A program made the translations under genes and the position numbers. A DNA stretch of 55,436 bases, from positions 1 through 55,436 of the forward strand of contig DATFEJ010000018.1 of assembly GCA_035251235.1 (NCBI GenBank), written 5' to 3'. Positions 1 to 12,625 of the stretch are shown here, in pieces. How positions within the stretch are numbered: the stretch's first letter is position 1; each line of letters opens with the position of its first letter. The DNA comes from Burkholderiales bacterium (lineage in GTDB: Bacteria > Pseudomonadota > Gammaproteobacteria > Burkholderiales > SG8-39). A model generated the notes under the pieces. The model worked only from the letters and a program-made list of their open reading frames with translations. It did not search any database and had not been told where the DNA came from.

Positions 1-540
1 GGCCGTGCCAAGCGCGCGCTTGAGCGGCACATTGCAGCGCACCAGGAACGGGATCGAGAGAAAAGCGCCACCGGCCGCAAGCACGCTGGAGATGCCGCCG
101 AACACCGCGCCGGTGGCGAACAGCCCGGCGCGACCGGGCAATTCGCGCTCAGGCTTGGGCGTCGACTCGATGAACATCTGCAGCGAGGCATAGAACATGA
201 ACGCGGTGAACAGGATCGCCAGCGGCCGCGTCGGTATCAGGCCCGCGATCTGCGTGGCGGCAAGCGCGCCTACGACGATGCCGGGCGCCATCGCGCGCGC
301 AACCGGCCAGTCCACCGCACCGTGCTTGTGGTGCGCACGCACGCTGGAGAGCGACGTGAACACGATGGTTGCCATCGCCGTCGCGAGCGCGAGGTGCATC
401 ATGTGCTCGGCCGGAAAGCCCTTCGCCGTGAACACGAACACCAGCATCGGCACCATGATCATGCCGCCGCCGATGCCGAGCAGCCCCGCGAGAAAGCCGA
501 CCACGACCCCGATCGCCAGGTACGCCCACCACCATTCCAC
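1..540 (-). CDS. TauE/SafE (TSUP) family anion-exporter-like permease, 3' end outside window
   Basis: The minus-strand frame runs off the window edge, so it is absent from the ORF track. It reads VEWWWAYLAIGVVVGFLAGLLGIGGGMIMVPMLVFVFTAKGF...ATGAVFGGISSVLAAGGAFLSIPFL. It has several hydrophobic helices and Gly-rich motifs typical of TauE/SafE permeases. The GTG start at 540-538 shares one base with the stop of the upstream HAD gene (TAGTG). Confidence 0.7.
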   Translation of the reverse strand, partial: MEWWWAYLAIGVVVGFLAGLLGIGGGMIMVPMLVFVFTAKGFPAEHMMHLALATAMATIVFTSLSSVRAHHKHGAVDWPVARAMAPGIVVGALAATQIAGLIPTRPLAILFTAFMFYASLQMFIESTPKPERELPGRAGLFATGAVFGGISSVLAAGGAFLSIPFLVRCNVPLKRALGTA

Positions 541-1322
541 TAAGGCTCCCCGAGCAGATGGCCGACCAGCTCGGCAAATCCTGCGCCCGCTTCGTGCGCG
601 GCGACGAACTTCGGCTCGGCGGCAAGGTGGCCGGCGAAGCGGCGAACGTTCGCCATGCCCACCGAGTTGGCGAAGTAGGCGAACATGGGCGCATCGTTGG
701 GCGAGTCGCCGGCGAACGCGTACTCGACGTTCGCGCGGTCCAGGTCCGCGCCAAAGCGCTCGGCGAACAGCGTCTTGGTCATCGCCAGCTTGTCGTAGTC
801 GCCGAACCAGCCGTTCACGTGGATCGAGCTGATCTTCGCGGTGAGCCCCGCCCGGCGCATGAGCGCGGCGATGCGTTCGGCGTCCGCGAGCGGCAGGCGC
901 GGCACGTCCTCGCAGTAGTCGACCGCCAGGTCGGCTTCCCGGTACGGCTGGTCGGAGGCGAGCGCGGTACCCGGGACCTCGGCCAGGATGCGCTCGGCGA
1001 TGGCACCGAGCCGCGCGCGCTTCGCCGCGCGCACGTCGTCGGCATCGTGATAGCGCCGGTGCAGCCTGCCGTTCGCGTAATGGAAATAGAAGGCGCCGTT
1101 CTCCCCGACCACCGCGTCCACCGGCCACATGCGCGCAATGTGATCGCACCAACCGGCCGGCCGGCCGGTCACGGCGACGGACCGGCGTCCCGCGGCGTGC
1201 AGGCGCTCGAGCGCCCCGTAGGCCTCGGCAGTCAGCCGGCCGTCGGTCGTCAGCGTGTCATCGATATCGAACAGGAGCCCGCGCAGCCGGGAAGCGTCGC
1301 GCAGCTCCGACAAGGGCTTCAT
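540..1322 (-). CDS. HAD-superfamily (IIB-like) hydrolase
   Basis: Last 260 aa of track ORF 540..2519(-): MKPLSELRDASRLRGLLFDIDDTLTTDG... with DxDxT motif I, a VTGRP motif and a C-terminal GDSPND motif. ATG at 1322-1320. The upstream part of the track ORF is Arg/Ala-rich off-frame sequence. Confidence 0.8.
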   Translation of the reverse strand: MKPLSELRDASRLRGLLFDIDDTLTTDGRLTAEAYGALERLHAAGRRSVAVTGRPAGWCDHIARMWPVDAVVGENGAFYFHYANGRLHRRYHDADDVRAAKRARLGAIAERILAEVPGTALASDQPYREADLAVDYCEDVPRLPLADAERIAALMRRAGLTAKISSIHVNGWFGDYDKLAMTKTLFAERFGADLDRANVEYAFAGDSPNDAPMFAYFANSVGMANVRRFAGHLAAEPKFVAAHEAGAGFAELVGHLLGEP

Positions 1323-1351
1323 CGGCCGGTGCTCCTGAGGGAGCCGGAATT

Positions 1352-3007
1352 CTAGCGCGCCACCGGCAGGTGCACGCGCACGATGACGCCGTCGCGCGCG
1401 GCCGTATCGGCGGCTTCGATCGCGCCGCCGTGAAACTCGGCGATCAGCCGCGCGACGTACAAGCCGAGTCCCAGGTGCGGCGCGGCACCGGAGGCCGGCT
1501 CGCGCACCGAGACCATAGACTCGAACAGGCGGCCGCGCATCTCGGCGGGCAGCACGGGCCCCTTGTTCTGCACCGAGAGCTGCGCATAGCGCCCCTGGCC
1601 TTCCAGCGCGACGCGCACCGGCGCGCCGGCACTGGAGAAATCGACCGCGTTCTCCACGAGCTTGTCCAGCATCTGCGCAGCGAGGTCCGGGGAGCCGGAG
1701 ACCTCCAGTGGCTCCGATGGTGCTTCGAGCTGGAACGGCGTGGCGGCGTACGCCAGCCGGTAGCCCTCGACGCAACCGCGCACCAGCGCGGCGAGGTCGT
1801 AGCGCTCCCGCTCCGCGGTGCGCAGCGCCTGCTCCAGGCGCGTGGCCTCGCTCATCCTTTGCAGGATGGTATTGAGGCGCGCGAGCCCCTCTTCCGCGCG
1901 CGCCACGTAGGTGCGCAACTCCTCGGGCGTGCTGGCGAGCTTGAGGTTCTCGAGCGAAGAACGCACCACCGCGATGGGCGTGCGCAGCTCGTGCGACAGG
2001 CGGCCCGCCATGCTCTCCAGGTAGGCATGGTGCTGCGCCAGGCGCGCGAGCATGGCCGAGAAGCTGCGCGACAGGTCGCCGATCTCGTCGCCGGCATCCG
2101 AGCCGGCAGAGAGGCGCGCGAGCCGCCCGCGTGCGTCGAATGCGCTTTCCGCCTCGTCGCGCAGGCGGCGGATGCGCGTGGAGATCCGGGTCGCGTAGCC
2201 GATCAGCAGCGCGGCCGTGCCGACGAAGGCGGTCAACGTCAGCAGCAACAGGCGCTCCAGCGCATCGCTGCGCAGGCTGGCGACCGGATTGGTCGATTCC
2301 TCGACGACGACCGCGCCTGCGACCTCGTTGCCGTTCCACACCGGGTGCGCGGCCGACATGACCACGGCGCGGCCGTCCGGCGTCCGGCGCGTGCGCGTGC
2401 CCGGCGTGCCCTGCAGGGCCGCGCTGATGTCGCGCCCCGTGGCGAGCACGTCGTCGGGAACGGCTTCGGCGAAGTCTTCGCTCGGCCGCTCGATCAACCA
2501 GCCGGCGGCGCGGCGCCATGCCGCCTGCAGCCAGGGCTCCTCGGCAGCCTGCACCGGCGCGCGGCGCAGGCTGCCTTCGAGCGCGAGCACCTGGTAGCGC
2601 CGGTTCACCACCCAGAGCCGCGACTCGGTGCGCTGCACGCCCCGCAGGATGGCGGCGAGCTCCTCCTTCGCCTTGCGCGCGGCGAGCTCCGCCTCGCGAC
2701 CCAGGGTGCGCGGCGCGGCCGACTCCTCCGGCGGAGGTCCTTCACCCTGCGCGATGCGCTGCAGCTCGAGCTCGGCTTCGCGCCGCACGGCATCGTCCCG
2801 CTCTGGCACCGCGACCAGCAGCTGCGGACGGTCGTGCAGCGCGGTCGCTACGGCGCGCGCCGTGGCCAGCAGTGCATGCTCCTGCCCGGCGAGCAGCACG
2901 CGCTCGAGCTCGTTCACGTAGCTCAAGCCCGCCCAGGGCAGCCCGAGCAGCACCAGCGCGACCAGCCCCAGCTTGACGCGCAGGCTGAGGGCGAAGCGGC
3001 GCCTCAC
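1352..3007 (-). CDS. Sensor histidine kinase of the proteobacterial dedicated sortase system
   Basis: In frame with track ORF 1352..3700(-). N-terminal TM (LGLVALVLLGLPWAGL), a periplasmic-type region, a second TM (LLLLTLTAFVGTAALLIGY), H-box SHELRTPIAVV, and ATPase N/G boxes (LVENAVDF, GLGLGLYVARLI). The GTG start at 3007-3005 overlaps the regulator stop (GTGA). Confidence 0.8.
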   Translation of the reverse strand: MRRRFALSLRVKLGLVALVLLGLPWAGLSYVNELERVLLAGQEHALLATARAVATALHDRPQLLVAVPERDDAVRREAELELQRIAQGEGPPPEESAAPRTLGREAELAARKAKEELAAILRGVQRTESRLWVVNRRYQVLALEGSLRRAPVQAAEEPWLQAAWRRAAGWLIERPSEDFAEAVPDDVLATGRDISAALQGTPGTRTRRTPDGRAVVMSAAHPVWNGNEVAGAVVVEESTNPVASLRSDALERLLLLTLTAFVGTAALLIGYATRISTRIRRLRDEAESAFDARGRLARLSAGSDAGDEIGDLSRSFSAMLARLAQHHAYLESMAGRLSHELRTPIAVVRSSLENLKLASTPEELRTYVARAEEGLARLNTILQRMSEATRLEQALRTAERERYDLAALVRGCVEGYRLAYAATPFQLEAPSEPLEVSGSPDLAAQMLDKLVENAVDFSSAGAPVRVALEGQGRYAQLSVQNKGPVLPAEMRGRLFESMVSVREPASGAAPHLGLGLYVARLIAEFHGGAIEAADTAARDGVIVRVHLPVAR

Positions 3008-3693
3008 TCCTGCCAACGGTAGCCCATGCCGTAGGCGGTCTCGATGTGCTCGAAGGCGGGGTCGATGGCCTGGAACTTGCGGCGGATGCGCTTCACGTGC
3101 GAGGTGATCGTGCCATCGTCGACCACGAGGTTCGCCTCGCGCATCAGCTGCTCGCGGCTCTTCACGTGGCCCGGATGGCGCGCGAGCGCGTACACCATCC
3201 AGAACTCGGTCAGCGTGAGCGGCACGGGCTGGCCGCGCCAGGCGACGCTGAAGCGCTTCAGGTCGAGCGTCAGCTCGCCGCGCGCCAGCGTCTCTTCCTG
3301 CGCATCGGGCTCGCGCGACAGATCGGCGCGCCGGAAGAGCGCCGCGATGCGCGCCAAGAGGTGCGGCAGGCTCACGTCCTTGGTGAGATAGTCGTCGGCC
3401 CCCAGGCGCAGGCCCGACACGACGTCGAAGTCGCTGTCGCGCGCCGTGAGGAAGATGATCGGCAGCGAGGAGGAGAGGCCGCGCAGCTCGCGGCACAGGA
3501 CGAACCCCGCGTCCGCGTCCCCCGCCAGGCCGATGTCGATCACCGCCAGGTCGGGCAGGCGGGCGCGCATCGCCGCCAGCGCTTCGGCGCGCGCGCCGTA
3601 GGCGCTGACCTCGAAGCCATGCTTGCGCAGCGCGTCGGCGTAATTGGCGCGGATGGCCGGATCGTCTTCGACGATGGCGATGCGGCGGGGCAT
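3004..3693 (-). CDS. OmpR-family response regulator (receiver + winged-helix), sortase-system associated
   Basis: C-terminal 229 aa of track ORF 3004..5847(-): MPRRIAIVEDDPAIRANYADAL...LAVIDIGL (receiver Asp)...LTLTEFWMVYALARHPGHVKSREQLM...YGMGYRWQE (Trans_reg_C). ATG at 3693-3691. An alternative ATG lies at 3714. Confidence 0.85.
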   Translation of the reverse strand: MPRRIAIVEDDPAIRANYADALRKHGFEVSAYGARAEALAAMRARLPDLAVIDIGLAGDADAGFVLCRELRGLSSSLPIIFLTARDSDFDVVSGLRLGADDYLTKDVSLPHLLARIAALFRRADLSREPDAQEETLARGELTLDLKRFSVAWRGQPVPLTLTEFWMVYALARHPGHVKSREQLMREANLVVDDGTITSHVKRIRRKFQAIDPAFEHIETAYGMGYRWQE

Positions 3694-3849
3694 GGCGCAA
3701 CGACTATAGCCCATCGCCGCGGTGTCCTCGGCGCCTGCCCGCGGTTTGCCAGAATTCTTCCGCGGCCTGCCCGCTTTCGCGCCGCGCGCCGCCCCGCGGG
3801 AAGCATGCAATGCACCCTCAGCCAACGACACGCCGAGGAAGACGCCGCC

Positions 3850-5934
3850 ATGCAGCCCGATTCCCCCGTCCGCCACAGCCGCGTCGTCGCCCTGGACATG
3901 CTGGCCTTCGTCGGGCTCGCCGCCGCGGTGGCGCTCGCGGCGGCGCTGGTGCTCGTCGCCGCGGTCCTGCTGCTCGCCGGCCGCGCCGAGGCTGCCCAGT
4001 CGGAGCCGGGGGCGCTGCTTCTGCGCACGGTGGACGGGCGGGAGCTGCCCAAGGCGCCTTTGCTCTCGACCGACGTGTCGTTCCGCGTTTCGGGCATGGT
4101 GGCCCGCGCCCGCGTCGTCCAGGTCTTTCAGAACGCCTCCGCGGACTGGGTGGAGGGGGTGTATGTCTTCCCGCTGCCGGAGAGCGCGGCGGTCGACCGC
4201 CTGCGCATGCAGGTCGGCGAGCGCGAGATCGAGGGCGAGATGCACGAGCGCGAGGCCGCGCGGCGCACCTATCAGGCGGCACGCGACGGCGGCCGGCGGG
4301 CGGCGCTCATGGACCAGGAGCGGCCCAATATCTTCACCACGCGCGTCGCCAATATCGGACCGCAGGAAAGCATCGCGGTCGAGCTCGAGTACCAGCAGAC
4401 CTTGCGCTACGACGGCGGGCGCTACTCCCTGCGCTTTCCGATGGTGGTCGGTCCGCGATACATCCCGGGCTTCGTGCGCACTTCCACGCCGGAGCCGCTC
4501 GGCTGGAGCCCGAACACCGACCAGGTGCCGGATGCCGCGCGCATCACGCCGCCCGTGCTGCGCCCGGAGGCGGGCCCCGTCAATCCGGTCAGCATTCGCG
4601 TGGCGCTCGATGCCGGCGTGCAGATCGAAGAGGTATCGAGCACCTACCACCCGGTGACGGTCGCTGCGCCGTCGGCGAACCGCCGCGAGATCGCGCTGGC
4701 CGCCGGATCCACGCCAGCCAATCGCGATTTCGAGCTCGCCTGGACGCTGCAGCGCGCGCAAGCCCCGCAACTCGCGTGGTTCACCGAGGAGAAAGCGGGC
4801 CGCCACTACGGGGTGCTCATGCTCCTGCCGCCCGCACCCGCGCCCGGCGTCCGCCTGGCGCGCGAAGTGGTGTTCGTCCTCGACACTTCGGGCTCGATGG
4901 CCGGCGCCTCGATCCGGCAGGCGAAGGATGCATTGCAGCTGGCGCTGGCGCGCCTCGCGCCGGGCGATGCGTTCAACGTCATCGAGTTCAACTCGGCGGC
5001 GCAGGCCCTGCACCCACGCGCCGTGCCCGTCAATCCCGGCAACGTCCGCCGCGCAATCGATTGGGTGCAAGCGCTGCAGGCGCGCGGCGGCACCGAGATG
5101 GCCTCCGCTCTGGCGCTCGCGCTGGACGGGTCGGACGAGGCCGGCCGCGTGCGCCAGGTGGTCTTCCTCACCGACGGCGCGGTCGGCAACGAGGATGCGC
5201 TGTTCCGGCTCGTGCGCGCGCGGCTCGGCGGCACGCGGCTGTTCACGATCGGCATCGGCTCCGCGCCGAACAGCCACTTCATGACGAAAGCGGCGGAACT
5301 CGGGCGCGGCACGTTCACGTACATCGGCCGGATCGACGAAGTGCAGGAGAAGATGGCGGCGCTGTTCGCCAAGCTCGAATCGCCCGTCCTCAAGGGTCTG
5401 GAAGTGCTCTGGCCCGAGGGCGTGCACGCGGAGTCCTGGCCGGCACGCCTGCCGGACCTGTACGCCGGGGAGCCCGTGGTGGTCGCGGCGGCGCTGCAGC
5501 GGCTCGAGGGCTCGGTGCGCGTGCGCGGCACGCGCGAAGGCCGCCTCTGGGAAGCGCAGGTGCCGCTCGCGCATAGCGTCGGCAATGCCGGCATGGGGTC
5601 GCTCTGGGCGCGCGGCAAGGTCGAAGGGCTCATGGACTCGATCCGCGAGGGCGCTGCCGAGGACAAGGTGCGCGCCGAGGTGATCGATCTCGCACTGGCG
5701 CACCGCTTGGTCACCAAGTACACGAGCTTCGTCGCCGTGGACAAGACGCCGGCGCGCGTGAGCGATGCGCAGCTCAAGCTCGCCGCGGTGCCGACCAACC
5801 TGCCCGAGGGCTGGGAATACGACAAGGTGTTCGGCGAGTTGCCGCAAGGTGCGACCGACAGCCGCTTTGCCATGCTGAGCGGTGCGCTCCTCCTGCTGCT
5901 CGCGCTGGCGATGCTGCGCTGGAGGACGGCGTGA
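3850..5934 (+). CDS. VIT + von Willebrand factor A domain protein with C-terminal sortase sorting signal (sortase target)
   Basis: In frame with track ORF 3046..5934(+). N-terminal signal/anchor (LAFVGLAAAVALAAALVLVAAVLLLAGRAEA). VIT-like region (VSFRVSGMVARARVVQVFQN...VYVFPLPE). vWA MIDAS motif VFVLDTSGSM. C-terminus LPQGATDSRF + hydrophobic helix + RWRTA. The ATG at 3850 is preceded by GAGGAAG. An alternative ATG at 3805 lacks an SD. Confidence 0.85.
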   Translation: MQPDSPVRHSRVVALDMLAFVGLAAAVALAAALVLVAAVLLLAGRAEAAQSEPGALLLRTVDGRELPKAPLLSTDVSFRVSGMVARARVVQVFQNASADWVEGVYVFPLPESAAVDRLRMQVGEREIEGEMHEREAARRTYQAARDGGRRAALMDQERPNIFTTRVANIGPQESIAVELEYQQTLRYDGGRYSLRFPMVVGPRYIPGFVRTSTPEPLGWSPNTDQVPDAARITPPVLRPEAGPVNPVSIRVALDAGVQIEEVSSTYHPVTVAAPSANRREIALAAGSTPANRDFELAWTLQRAQAPQLAWFTEEKAGRHYGVLMLLPPAPAPGVRLAREVVFVLDTSGSMAGASIRQAKDALQLALARLAPGDAFNVIEFNSAAQALHPRAVPVNPGNVRRAIDWVQALQARGGTEMASALALALDGSDEAGRVRQVVFLTDGAVGNEDALFRLVRARLGGTRLFTIGIGSAPNSHFMTKAAELGRGTFTYIGRIDEVQEKMAALFAKLESPVLKGLEVLWPEGVHAESWPARLPDLYAGEPVVVAAALQRLEGSVRVRGTREGRLWEAQVPLAHSVGNAGMGSLWARGKVEGLMDSIREGAAEDKVRAEVIDLALAHRLVTKYTSFVAVDKTPARVSDAQLKLAAVPTNLPEGWEYDKVFGELPQGATDSRFAMLSGALLLLLALAMLRWRTA

Positions 5935-6587
5935 AGCCCGAGCTTGCCTGGGGTGCGGAGTGCGCCTGGCCGGTGACCCGGCGAGCCCGGTGTCTGCCCT
6001 GGCGTTCGCTCGCGCTCGCCCTGGCGCTCATCGGCGCCCTGCAATTCGGACACGGTGCATGGATCCAGGCGAAGGCCTGGCTCGCGCAGGCGCTGATCGC
6101 GCGCGCTTGGGATCGTACGTTGCAGGGCGAGCGTCAGGTACGGCCCTGGCCGTGGGCGGATACCTGGCCGGTCGCGCGCCTGACGTTGCCGGCGATGGGA
6201 GTCGAGCGCTATGTGCTCGCCGGGGCGGACGGCAGTGCGCTCGCTTTCGGCCCCGGCCACCTTCATGGCACGCCCACCCCGGGCAACGCCGGCAACAGCG
6301 TCGTCGGCGGGCACCGGGATACCCATCTCGCATTCCTGCGCGACGTGCGGCCCGGCCAGCGCATCGAAATTGAGCGCGCGGACGGCCAGCGCGTCGTCTA
6401 CCGGGTGATCGAGGCCGCCGTGCTGGACAAGCGCGATGTGTGGGTGGCGAAGCAGGAGGGCCCCACGCGACTCACGCTGGTGACCTGCTTTCCATTCGAC
6501 GCCCTGCGCGCCGGGGGGCCGCAGCGCTACGTAGTCTTTGCCTTCGAACTCGAGAACCGCGGCGGCGAGCGCGGGATGCGGGGCTAG
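5931..6587 (+). CDS. Sortase, Gram-negative (class GN / marine proteobacterial) type
   Basis: Track ORF 5931..6587(+). TM anchor LALALALIGALQF, catalytic-type motifs VVGGHRDTHLAF (His), LTLVTCFPFD (TLxTC Cys) and RYVVFA (Arg). The GTG start overlaps the target gene stop (GTGA). Confidence 0.85.
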   Translation: MKPELAWGAECAWPVTRRARCLPWRSLALALALIGALQFGHGAWIQAKAWLAQALIARAWDRTLQGERQVRPWPWADTWPVARLTLPAMGVERYVLAGADGSALAFGPGHLHGTPTPGNAGNSVVGGHRDTHLAFLRDVRPGQRIEIERADGQRVVYRVIEAAVLDKRDVWVAKQEGPTRLTLVTCFPFDALRAGGPQRYVVFAFELENRGGERGMRG

Positions 6588-6612
6588 CTTCCTCCCCTGG
6601 CTGCCCTTCCCC

Positions 6613-6632
6613 GCTCGCCTGCTTCGGCGAGC
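6613..6632 (+). terminator. Hairpin downstream of sortase gene (GCTCGCC-tgcttc-GGCGAGC), no U-tract
   Basis: Perfect 7-bp inverted repeat with a 6-nt loop, 26 nt after the sortase stop. It lacks a T-run, so intrinsic-terminator function is uncertain. Confidence 0.3.
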
Positions 6633-6724
6633 ATCTGCACCGCCCGCACGGCGTGATGAAATTGACGGCAGGACGCCGCCCGGACGCCTATAGTGGCCGG
6701 ACCGATCCGGATCGAGGGATGCCG

Positions 6725-6928
6725 ATGAAGCGACTTCTCGCTTTGACCACCGTCGCGGTGCTCGCCGGCTGCGGCGTGGAAACCGCCAGCACCGCCGCGA
6801 CCGCCGCCGCGCTGAAGAAACAGGAAGTGGAACAGGGCCAGAAGACCACGCAGCGCGCGCAGCAGAAGATCGACAGCGCGCTGCAGCAGTCGCAGCAGCG
6901 CGCCGACAGCGCCGCCGACGAGCACTAA
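6725..6928 (+). CDS. Small Gln/Ala-rich lipoprotein (hypothetical)
   Basis: MKRLLALTTVAVLAGCGVETAS... with lipobox LAGC. Third codon positions are G/C-rich. GAGGG lies 6 nt upstream of the ATG at 6725 (an in-frame ATG at 6719 has no spacing for an SD). This is the 3' part of track ORF 6440..6928. Confidence 0.6.
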   Translation: MKRLLALTTVAVLAGCGVETASTAATAAALKKQEVEQGQKTTQRAQQKIDSALQQSQQRADSAADEH

Positions 6929-6947
6929 GGCCGGTCCGCCCGGCTCG

Positions 6948-7370
6948 CTACTTCTTGCGCAGCTTGCGGATGGCCGCGAGCTGCGCCGCCAGCGACGCCA
7001 CTTCGCTTTCCACCGCCGCGATCTCCTGCTTGTCGCGCGCCTTGGCGCGTGCCTCTTCGGCTTTCTTCAGCGCCTCTTCCGCCTTCGCGGCATCGAGGTC
7101 GGCGCCGCGAATCGCGGTGTCGGCGAGCACCGTGATCAGCTTGGGCTGGACTTCGAGTATGCCGCCGGCGACGAAGATCAGCTCCTCCGCGCCGCCGCCC
7201 GCGGGCATGATGCGCACGGCGCCCGGCTTGATGCGCGTGATGAGCGGGGTGTGGCGCGGATAGATGCCGAGCTCGCCCGCCTCGCCGGGCAGCACGACGA
7301 ACTCGGCCTCGCCCGAGTAGATCGAGGCCTCGTTGCTGACGACGTCGACGTGGATGGTGGCGGCGGCCAT
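6948..7370 (-). CDS. atpC: F0F1 ATP synthase subunit epsilon
   Basis: Track ORF 6948..7370(-): [45 protein letters not shown]... Last gene of the atp operon. Confidence 0.95.
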   Translation of the reverse strand: MAAATIHVDVVSNEASIYSGEAEFVVLPGEAGELGIYPRHTPLITRIKPGAVRIMPAGGGAEELIFVAGGILEVQPKLITVLADTAIRGADLDAAKAEEALKKAEEARAKARDKQEIAAVESEVASLAAQLAAIRKLRKK

Positions 7371-9688
<2,318 letters not shown>

Positions 9689-9697
9689 GGCGCTCGC

Positions 9698-11245
<1,548 letters not shown>

Positions 11246-11269
11246 GCCAGCTCCTTAAGCGTGCTGCTT

Positions 11270-11806
11270 CTATGCCTTGAGTGCGTTCTCGAGCGCGCCC
11301 AGCTGGGCGCGCGCGGAACCGTCGATGACCTTGTCGCCGATCACCACCTTGACGCCGCCGATGAGGGCCTTGTCCACGCTGACGCGGGCCTTCACCTTGC
11401 GGCCGGAGCTCTTCTCCAGCCGCGCGACCAGGTCGGCAACCTGGGCCTGGTCCATCTCGAACGCCGAATAGATCTCCGCCTCCAGCGTGCCTTCGCGCTC
11501 GTTCTTCAGCGCCTCGAAATGCGCGCGGATCTCCGACACCACGTCCAGGCGCCCGTTGTCCGCGAGCACGCGCACGAAGTTCTCCGCATCGCCGGACAGC
11601 TTGCCGGCGAGGATCGAGAGGATCAGTCCGGCGGCCTTTGCTGCAGGCAGGTTCGGATCGGCGACCGCCATGCGTACCCGCTCGTCCGCCGCCACCGCGG
11701 CGAGGTTGGCGAGCGCGGCCGACCATTCGGCGAGCTTGCCCTGCGCGTCGGCCAGCTTGAAGGCGGCGTCGGCGTAAGGGCGCGCGATGGTGGTGGGTTC
11801 GGCCAT
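11270..11806 (-). CDS. atpH: F0F1 ATP synthase subunit delta
   Basis: Track ORF 11270..11806(-), 178 aa. The position between atpF and atpA and the OSCP-like sequence support the call. Confidence 0.93.
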   Translation of the reverse strand: MAEPTTIARPYADAAFKLADAQGKLAEWSAALANLAAVAADERVRMAVADPNLPAAKAAGLILSILAGKLSGDAENFVRVLADNGRLDVVSEIRAHFEALKNEREGTLEAEIYSAFEMDQAQVADLVARLEKSSGRKVKARVSVDKALIGGVKVVIGDKVIDGSARAQLGALENALKA

Positions 11807-11814
11807 CTCTGGTT

Positions 11815-12285
11815 CTAAAGCTGCTTCTTGATGCCGTCGAGCAGGTCGGAGTGCGCCTTGGCGTCGACCTCGCGTCGCAGGATCTTCTCAGCACCGGCCA
11901 CCGCCAGCGCGGCGACGTCGTCACGCAGCTTTTCGCGCGCGCGCGAGACCTCCTGCTGGATCTCGGCCTTGGCCGCGGCCTTCTCCCGCTCGCCTTCCGC
12001 GCGCGCCGCCTGCTTGGCCTCGTCGAGCATCTGCAGCGCGCGCTTTTCCGCCTGCGCCAGGATCTCGCTCGCCCGCCCGCGCGCCTGCTCGATCGCATCG
12101 CTCGCCTGCCGCTTGGAGCTCTCGAGCGACTTGTGGCCCTGCTCTGCCGCCGCGAGGCCGTCGGCGATGGTCTTCTGGCGCGCCTCGATGGCGCGCAGCA
12201 TGAATGGCCAGACCACCTTCGCCGTGAACCAGATGAACAGCGCGAAGGTCAGCGCTTGGGCGATCAGCGTCAGATTGAAGCTCAT
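11815..12285 (-). CDS. atpF: F0F1 ATP synthase subunit b
   Basis: Track ORF 11815..12285(-). One N-terminal TM ([22 protein letters not shown]) followed by a long charged helix. Confidence 0.93.
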   Translation of the reverse strand: MSFNLTLIAQALTFALFIWFTAKVVWPFMLRAIEARQKTIADGLAAAEQGHKSLESSKRQASDAIEQARGRASEILAQAEKRALQMLDEAKQAARAEGEREKAAAKAEIQQEVSRAREKLRDDVAALAVAGAEKILRREVDAKAHSDLLDGIKKQL

Positions 12286-12310
12286 GGCGACTCCCTGCGC
12301 GTCGGTGCGC

Positions 12311-12625
<315 letters not shown>

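Noticed and set aside
805-825. Additional parS-like CACGTG cores (about 812, 3093, 3168, 45708, 54297)
   Set aside because: Each matches the 16-mer parS at no more than 11/16 positions and lies inside a coding region. CACGTG is expected by chance in G+C-rich DNA.
3805-3849. Upstream ATG (MQCTLSQRHAEEDAA) for the sortase target
   Set aside because: There is no SD at useful spacing, and the 15 extra residues precede the signal/anchor without adding a feature. ATG 3850 has GAGGAAG upstream. I cannot exclude 3805 without experimental data.
3004-5847. 947-aa minus-strand ORF spanning the whole sortase-target gene
   Set aside because: Only its last 229 codons (3004-3693) are a real response regulator. 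The rest is antisense to a gene with clear VIT/vWA motifs, and its translation is an Arg/Ala/Gly/His-rich low-complexity string typical of off-frame reading in high-G+C DNA.
6584-6925. 113-aa minus-strand ORF antisense to the small lipoprotein gene
   Set aside because: There is no start context or motif. The plus-strand frame has a textbook signal peptide and lipobox, plus the expected third-position G/C bias.
6929-6947. Bidirectional terminator between the convergent lipoprotein gene and atpC
   Set aside because: There is only a 5-bp GCCGG/CCGGC stem in a 19-nt gap and no T-runs on either strand. This is too weak to call.
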